IMG/VR virus record: IMGVR_UViG_3300021306_000185
Source of the DNA: an uncultured virus (IMG/VR IMGVR_UViG_3300021306_000185)
Lineage: Duplodnaviria; Heunggongvirae; Uroviricota; Caudoviricetes
Reading direction: 5' to 3' (one strand)
DNA length: 20,000 nt
The notes beneath the pieces are model-generated. The model was not told the DNA's origin and searched no databases. It saw nothing but the letters and a program-made list of their open reading frames with translations. Below are positions 14,901-20,000 of the stretch, piece by piece. Numbering within the stretch: the first letter of the stretch is position 1; every line of letters begins with the position of its first letter. The translations under genes were made by a program, and so were the position numbers.

Positions 14901-15392
14901 ATGAGCACTACGTATGATATAGGCTACTACTTAGGCACCAAGCTAAAGCACCTTTCCGACCTCCTCGATGGTTTGGAAGGACGTGCGACGGCGCTGGAAG
15001 AGGCGGAACCGGAAAGTGAAGGGGTAACATATCTCAAGGCACAGGCGCGAGAGATGAACTCTACGGATATGGTTTATGTATACATACCTATTTCAATGAC
15101 GTCATCTTATAGTAGTATGTACAACATCTATAACGTTGATATTTACTTCCCTTCGGTTTCAAGCGTGCGAACAACTTGGGCATCGCGAGTAGAAACCGAA
15201 GACGGCGTCTATAACCGTTTTGGGTATAACGCAAACCAGGTATCAGGTAGACCTTTTGAGAAGGCGTCCTTCATTCGCCTCGATTGCTCAGGTGGTCAGA
15301 AGACTATCAGATGCACAGTACCATATATGTACAAAGACACCGCCAGCAATAATGCATACTACATATTTGAAGAGTACATTCCTGAGTATTAG
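14901..15392 (+). CDS. Putative fibre tip / receptor-binding module
   Basis: N-terminal 'IGYYLGTKLK...LEGRATALE' coiled coil followed by a Tyr-rich beta domain in visibly lower-GC DNA. Confidence 0.55.
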   Translation: MSTTYDIGYYLGTKLKHLSDLLDGLEGRATALEEAEPESEGVTYLKAQAREMNSTDMVYVYIPISMTSSYSSMYNIYNVDIYFPSVSSVRTTWASRVETEDGVYNRFGYNANQVSGRPFEKASFIRLDCSGGQKTIRCTVPYMYKDTASNNAYYIFEEYIPEY

Positions 15393-15399
15393 TTCTGTT

Positions 15400-15510
15400 G
15401 TAGGGAATTTGTAATCCCCGACGAGGGAATAGCGGATTTGAAATCCGTCTGAACGCCTTCTCCGTACGCTACGTCTCGTAACTCTTAATTCTTAACTCAT
15501 AACTATAGAA
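15400..15510 (+). repeat. REP-like palindrome doublet plus heptamer array
   Basis: gtagggaatttgtaatccccgac (15400-15422), gcggatttgaaatccgt (15432-15448), ctgaacg, then aactctt aattctt aactcat aactata gaa ATG. Confidence 0.75.
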
Positions 15511-16614
15511 ATGCAAACACTCGTAATCAACCGCGAAAACGGCAACATTGCCAAGAGCCTTGCAGGGCAGGACCACATAAGTGGTTTGCTCTTCCTCGTC
15601 AGCGAAGCGTCCGACATACCCGACGAATTCGAATCCAACCCATTTCAGCCATGCTCGTCTACCAAGACAGCCGAAGCGCTCGGCCTTGCCGCCTCCGATA
15701 CCTATGGCTACCACGTCCATGAAGCCCTACGCCTCAACCCTGGACTATCGCTCTGGGTTGGCTTTGCCGTCCGCACTGCCGACATGCATGCCGTGGGCGA
15801 CTTTCAACGTGCTGCCTCTGGCAACCTCCGTCAGATAGGTATACTCGACACCACTGTCGAGATAACCCGTGCCACCATTACTGCACTTCAGGCTCAAGCC
15901 TCTGCCCTCGACGAGGCGTGGATGCCACTCTCCATCGTCATCGCACCTAAGGTTACCGACATCGACGCTCTGCCCACCGACATCGCCGGTAGTGCGCCTA
16001 ACGTCTCTGTACTCATCAGTCGAGATTCCGAAGTCTCTGCACCTGCTATTGGTACACTCATCGGCATCCTCTCGGCTCGTGCCGTCAACGAAAGCATAGC
16101 ATGGGTGGAGCGCTGCGAAACGGGGCTCACCAAACCCTACTTCTCCGATGGTCAAGCCTACGCCGATGTCTACAAGGTTATCCTCGAATCTCTCGACGAA
16201 GCTCGTTATATATACCTACGTACCTATCCAGGACTGTCGGGCGTATACTTCAGCGATAGCCATAATATGGACAGCGCACAGAGCGACTACTGCACCATTG
16301 AGCTACAACGCACCATGGATAAGGCAGTGCGCGGCACGCGTACATACTTATTGCCAGAACTCGGTCGCCCCATCTATTACAACAACGACGGCACTCTCCG
16401 CGCCGACACACTGCAGCACCTCAAGACGGTAGCTCAAAAGGCTGTGGAAGATATGGAGAAGGCTGGCGAGGTGAGTGGCTGGGAAGTTCAGATAGATCCC
16501 GCACAAGACGTTCTTGGCACCAGCACGGTGGAGTTCACCATTCATGCCGTGCCAGTGGGCATCATGCGCAAAGCAGTAGTGAATATCGGCTTCGTGAAAG
16601 CAACGGAAGATTGA
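15511..16614 (+). CDS. Contractile tail sheath protein (DUF2586-like)
   Basis: 'INRENGNI...LAGQDHISGLLF', 'RQIGI', 'VNESIAWVE', 'RYIYLRTYPGLSGVYFSDSH', 'SDY..IE..RTMDKAVR', 'IDPAQDVL', 'VPVGIMR...VNIGF'. Confidence 0.92.
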   Translation: MQTLVINRENGNIAKSLAGQDHISGLLFLVSEASDIPDEFESNPFQPCSSTKTAEALGLAASDTYGYHVHEALRLNPGLSLWVGFAVRTADMHAVGDFQRAASGNLRQIGILDTTVEITRATITALQAQASALDEAWMPLSIVIAPKVTDIDALPTDIAGSAPNVSVLISRDSEVSAPAIGTLIGILSARAVNESIAWVERCETGLTKPYFSDGQAYADVYKVILESLDEARYIYLRTYPGLSGVYFSDSHNMDSAQSDYCTIELQRTMDKAVRGTRTYLLPELGRPIYYNNDGTLRADTLQHLKTVAQKAVEDMEKAGEVSGWEVQIDPAQDVLGTSTVEFTIHAVPVGIMRKAVVNIGFVKATED

Positions 16615-16633
16615 GTAAAAATGAAAAAGTAAA

Positions 16634-16686
16634 AAGTAAGAGAGCCGTGGCGTGCCGCGTCCGCCGTAAGCCATGCTCTTATAATT
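16634..16686 (+). repeat. 53-bp dispersed repeat, copy 2
   Basis: aagtaagagagccgtggcgtgccgcgtccgccgtaagccatgctcttataatt, identical to the reverse complement of 7197-7249. Confidence 0.95.
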
Positions 16687-16717
16687 TCTACTTCTTAATT
16701 GTTAATTCTTAATTACC

Positions 16718-17149
16718 ATGAACATAATTCCACTAATCAACGGCAACTTATATGAGTGGGCCGATATTACGGTGCTCGTAGGTGGTGCTCCAATGACGGG
16801 CATACGCGGGGTGAAATACTCCGACAAGCAAGATGTTGTCAATATTTACGGCGCTGGTCGCTATCCCGTTGGTCGCGGCAAAGGACGCATCACGTGTGAG
16901 GCTTCGCTCAAACTGCTTCTCGACGAAGTGCGCTCGCTTGCCAGTTCATCTACCACGGGACGTTTGCAAGACCTTGGCGTGTTCGACATACAAGTAAGCT
17001 ACATACCAGACGAAAGCGGCAAAATAGTCCACGACGTGATACACGACTGCCAGTTCTCCGAAGTGGAGATAGACTGGAGCGAAGGCGACACAAGCAAAGA
17101 GGTGGACATTCCGCTCGTCTGCTCGCGCATAGAGTGGGGAAAACTATAA
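16718..17149 (+). CDS. Tail tube protein
   Basis: 'LINGNLYEWADI', 'GIRGVKYSDKQ..NIYGAGRYPVGRGKG', 'FDIQVSY', 'DCQF'. Follows the sheath gene. Confidence 0.92.
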   Translation: MNIIPLINGNLYEWADITVLVGGAPMTGIRGVKYSDKQDVVNIYGAGRYPVGRGKGRITCEASLKLLLDEVRSLASSSTTGRLQDLGVFDIQVSYIPDESGKIVHDVIHDCQFSEVEIDWSEGDTSKEVDIPLVCSRIEWGKL

Positions 17150-17256
17150 TAAGTAAAAATGGAAAAGTAAAAAGTAAAAGAGTAAAGCGTATAGCGTAGT
17201 GTATATAGCTGCCGCACGGCTCTTTTACTTCTTACCTCTTAATTATTAGTTATAGG
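17150..17256 (+). repeat. Bipartite heptamer spacer with 11-bp inverted arms
   Basis: aagtaaaagag (17172-17182) pairs with ctcttttactt (17220-17230). Core agcgtagtgtatatagc is 15/17 identical to 11035-11051. Confidence 0.75.
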
Positions 17257-17874
17257 GTGGAAGCCTACATTCAAACCAACCTGCCGCATTTGCCACAGAC
17301 GCGACAGAGCCTTCGCTTGGTGACAACGGGCGCAGCGAGCCACTTCAAAGGGCGGCTTGTGCAGACGCATACGCTGCAAACCGATAGTCAAGCGCGCGAC
17401 GTTCAAACCGCTGCCGATGGTTCTGTTGGCGTTGTGCCACGCGATAGCTACTTAGGTAGGTATTACAACACCGACCTCTCGCTTGGCCTCACCGAGACGG
17501 CCGACGATGTGCTTATAACAAGCGCCGTGTGCAAAGTGACGATGGCAAAGAATATCGTATCCACAGCTATCGCTGGACGCGACGGGACTGTCAAGGAAAT
17601 GATTTCGGCTCAGGACTACGAAATTGAGGTTACGTTTTCGCTCATAAATACCGAGGACGAGTACCCAGCCGATGCCATGCGACAACTCTCGGAACTCGCC
17701 CGTGAAAACAGCGCAGTCTACATCGATAGTGCATTCTTGCGCATCTTCGACATAGACCGTGTAGTGGTGGAAAAAATGGAAATTGATCAAGCTACGTATG
17801 GAAATACTCAGGAGGTGGTGATGACACTAAAGAGTGATGACGACTACGAAGTAGAGGTCGTGCAAACCATTTAA
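17257..17874 (+). CDS. DUF6046-like tail tube initiator/baseplate protein
   Basis: 'KNIVSTAIAGRDGTVKEMIS..DYEI', 'YP', 'FLRIFDI.RVVV', 'SDDDY'. GTG start after a heptamer array. Confidence 0.8.
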   Translation: MEAYIQTNLPHLPQTRQSLRLVTTGAASHFKGRLVQTHTLQTDSQARDVQTAADGSVGVVPRDSYLGRYYNTDLSLGLTETADDVLITSAVCKVTMAKNIVSTAIAGRDGTVKEMISAQDYEIEVTFSLINTEDEYPADAMRQLSELARENSAVYIDSAFLRIFDIDRVVVEKMEIDQATYGNTQEVVMTLKSDDDYEVEVVQTI

Positions 17875-18203
17875 CGGCATGGACGATTGACACCAGGCAA
17901 GCTCTCCACATATCGAATTGTAAAGTCTTCGCCACTCTCGACAAAACATACCGAAAAATCTTGTCCGCTCTCCACAAACCGCCATTCACCAGGGTCATTG
18001 GCAATGCCATCTACGACGCGCACATGGAGGTCGGCAAGACTACCAACCACTTTTACTTTGAAGTCGGCCAAACTGTCTACAATCTTCACCCTTCCGCACA
18101 GCCTTTTCCCACGAAAATATCCGTCTTTGGATATGCAGTCGTCCGACCTCATCGAGCAGCAAAGTGCACTAATGACTATAAGTATAAATAGAATGCGTTT
18201 CAT
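17871..18203 (-). CDS. Secreted beta-repeat protein, DUF6150/7(1) septoil-knot-like
   Basis: Signal peptide, then 'LCGRVKIVDSLADFKVKVVGSLADLHVRVVD....PGEWRFVESGQDFSVCFVESGEDFTIRYVESLPG' with 11-aa repeats. Confidence 0.7.
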   Translation of the reverse strand: MKRILFILIVISALCCSMRSDDCISKDGYFRGKRLCGRVKIVDSLADFKVKVVGSLADLHVRVVDGIANDPGEWRFVESGQDFSVCFVESGEDFTIRYVESLPGVNRPCR

Positions 18204-18206
18204 AAC

Positions 18207-19178
18207 ATGTACCGATTAACGTGCGATATAGAGATTTCTACGACAGAAGGCGTCATAAGGTTCGACCATGCCGAGAGCGTAAATATACAAAAACACTCCG
18301 ATACGCTCTGCGACACCGCCACCGTGACGTTGCCACGCCGCATTCGATGGCGCAATGTTGAGAGGAATCCCATACGCCGTGGCGACACCATACGTATTTC
18401 GCTTGGCTACGATGGCCGCAACCACCTTGCGTTTGTAGGCTACGTACGCCGCGTGCTGCCTAATACGCCAATGCAGATTGAAGCGCAAGACCCCATGTGT
18501 GCGTTTCAGACGCGCGAAGCCAAGAAAAAGGCCTACACATCGACCACACTCAACCAGTTGCTTGCCGACCAAGGTCTCAATGCCGAAATAAAAGGTACGC
18601 AGAGCATTGGTGCATATCGCGTGGAGTGCAACACAGTGAGCGAACTCCTCGACGCGCTGAAGAAGCAAGGCATACGAACAATGATGCGCATAGGTGCAGG
18701 CTCAGAACCGAAACTTTATGCCGGTCTTGCCATGAGCCCATCGGACGCTCGCACATTCGATTTCGACGACCACCGGAACGTAGTTTCGCGTGCAAATTTG
18801 AAATACGAGCCAGCAGATGAGGTGCGTTTCCTTGTGCGCGTGAAGAACAACAGCACCGTACAAAAGGGTAAACGCCAAAACAAGAGTATCAAGCCTGTTG
18901 AGGTTGGCTATAAAGATGGCGAGTTGCGCACCTTCAACGTCATAAATATGACCGAGAGCGAGATGCGTACGTATGCCAACGAGCAACTTGCCAAACTCAA
19001 GCAAGACGGCCTGAGTGGCAGTCTGACGGTCTTCGGCGGTGAGATGATAGATAAACTCGATGCCGTCCGTCTCACCCTCGATGGCGAAGAATCAGGCACG
19101 TGGCAAATAGAAAAAAACGATATTGCATGGGGCAGTAGCGGCTTTCGTCAGACGCTAACCATAGGTAGTAAATTGTAA
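18207..19178 (+). CDS. Baseplate hub protein (P2 gpD/Mu gp44-like)
   Basis: 'LCDTATVTLPR', 'IRRGD.I.ISLGYDG..HLAFVGYV', 'GLSGSLTVFG', 'GFRQTLTIG'. Confidence 0.88.
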   Translation: MYRLTCDIEISTTEGVIRFDHAESVNIQKHSDTLCDTATVTLPRRIRWRNVERNPIRRGDTIRISLGYDGRNHLAFVGYVRRVLPNTPMQIEAQDPMCAFQTREAKKKAYTSTTLNQLLADQGLNAEIKGTQSIGAYRVECNTVSELLDALKKQGIRTMMRIGAGSEPKLYAGLAMSPSDARTFDFDDHRNVVSRANLKYEPADEVRFLVRVKNNSTVQKGKRQNKSIKPVEVGYKDGELRTFNVINMTESEMRTYANEQLAKLKQDGLSGSLTVFGGEMIDKLDAVRLTLDGEESGTWQIEKNDIAWGSSGFRQTLTIGSKL

Positions 19179-19180
19179 AT

Positions 19181-19230
19181 TCTGAACGCCTAACCTCGTA
19201 ATTCTTAATTCATAATTCGTAATTATAGAA
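19181..19230 (+). repeat. Heptamer array with REP-flank remnant
   Basis: tctgaacgcc (also at 15448), then ctcgt aattctt aattcat aattcgt aattata gaa GTG. Confidence 0.75.
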
Positions 19231-19716
19231 GTGGATATTCGCGAAGCCATAAATGCAATAGTAGGCAATCAGCCGATGCCCGTGGTTGTTGGCACCGTCA
19301 CCGCCACCGATGGCACGACAGCCGACATACAGCCACTCGACGAGACTGCTGCACCGCTTCTTGGCATCGACCTTAGCGTAGGCGATACGGCGGCCATCAG
19401 CTACCGCCCCGAAGTCGGTGCCACGGTCCTTGTGCTGCTCGACAGCGCTACTACGGGCTTCGTCATTGCTGCAAGTCGTGGCAAGGTAGTTATGAACGGC
19501 GGCGACAACGGAGCTCTCATAAATATTGATGCACTTGTGCAAAAGATTAACGCCATCGAAGATGATTTGAACACGCTTCGAGCGGCATTCAAAAACTGGG
19601 TTGTAGCACCTCAAGATGGCGGCGCAGCACTAAAGACAGCCGCTGCCAACTGGACTGCTACCGACATTACAAAAACCGCGTCGGCCGACATTGCCGATAA
19701 CAACATAACGCACTGA
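19231..19716 (+). CDS. Baseplate spike (gpV-like)
   Basis: OB-fold-like N-terminus ('PEVGATVLV'), 'MNGGDNGALINIDALVQKINAIE', 'PQDGGAALK', ending 'NITH'. Follows the hub gene. Confidence 0.8.
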   Translation: MDIREAINAIVGNQPMPVVVGTVTATDGTTADIQPLDETAAPLLGIDLSVGDTAAISYRPEVGATVLVLLDSATTGFVIAASRGKVVMNGGDNGALINIDALVQKINAIEDDLNTLRAAFKNWVVAPQDGGAALKTAAANWTATDITKTASADIADNNITH

Positions 19717-19721
19717 CAATT

Positions 19722-20000
19722 ATGGCAACCGACAATACATACACCCGCGAGCAACTGAAGAAATGGTTCAAAAACGGCTGTAAGCCTACCGAGAATCACT
19801 TTGCCGCCATCTTCGATAGTTATATACATAAAGACGACACCATTCCAGCATCGTCAATCGAGAACCTTGAAGAGATTCTCGCGCGATGCACGGGCGTGAC
19901 GCGCGAAGAGGTCGAAGCGATGATAGCCGCCCACAACGAGTCCAATGATGCTCACAACATTGGCACTATAGAGGACTTCAGCGCGGCATTCGAGGAATAA
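19722..20000 (+). CDS. Short tail-fibre baseplate-anchor module
   Basis: 'REQLKKWFKNGCKPTENHFAAIFDSYIHKDD.IP...IENL' resembles the N-terminus of Bacteroidota tail fibres. Only 92 aa, with a real TAA at 19998-20000, ending IGTIEDFSAAFEE. Confidence 0.7.
   Translation: MATDNTYTREQLKKWFKNGCKPTENHFAAIFDSYIHKDDTIPASSIENLEEILARCTGVTREEVEAMIAAHNESNDAHNIGTIEDFSAAFEE

Noticed and set aside
15511..19716. T6SS or Afp/PVC-type eCIS
   Set aside because: Sheath and tube are phage-type, with a TP901-like tape measure and capsid genes. No AAA ATPase, Afp16-like cap or membrane complex is seen.

Overview
Bacteroidota-type phage-derived structural region with two blocks. Block A (1-5379, + strand, open at the left edge) encodes fibre/adaptor-like proteins, a lysis set (holin-like, u-spanin-like, membrane-anchored amidase), an annexin-like membrane protein and a very basic histone-like protein. 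Block B (5576-20000) is a rearranged Mu/P2-like contractile-tail plus head cluster in two divergent operons. Leftward: tail chaperone with -1 frameshift, tape measure, gp25/W-like, LysM-like, baseplate J-like. Rightward: prohead protease/scaffold, a frameshifted major capsid gene, amidase, two paralogous small peptides, a second intact capsid paralogue, holin-like, small fibre modules, sheath, tube, DUF6046-like, gpD-like hub, spike and a very short fibre anchor. No terminase, portal, neck, integrase or replication gene is recognisable in the window. Most block B spacers are built from 7-bp periodic arrays abutting start codons, duplicated spacer cassettes and REP-like palindromes. The fibre-like proteins of both blocks share short N- and C-terminal motifs suggestive of a modular, plug-and-socket fibre. 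All family calls are by motif recognition, without database searches.
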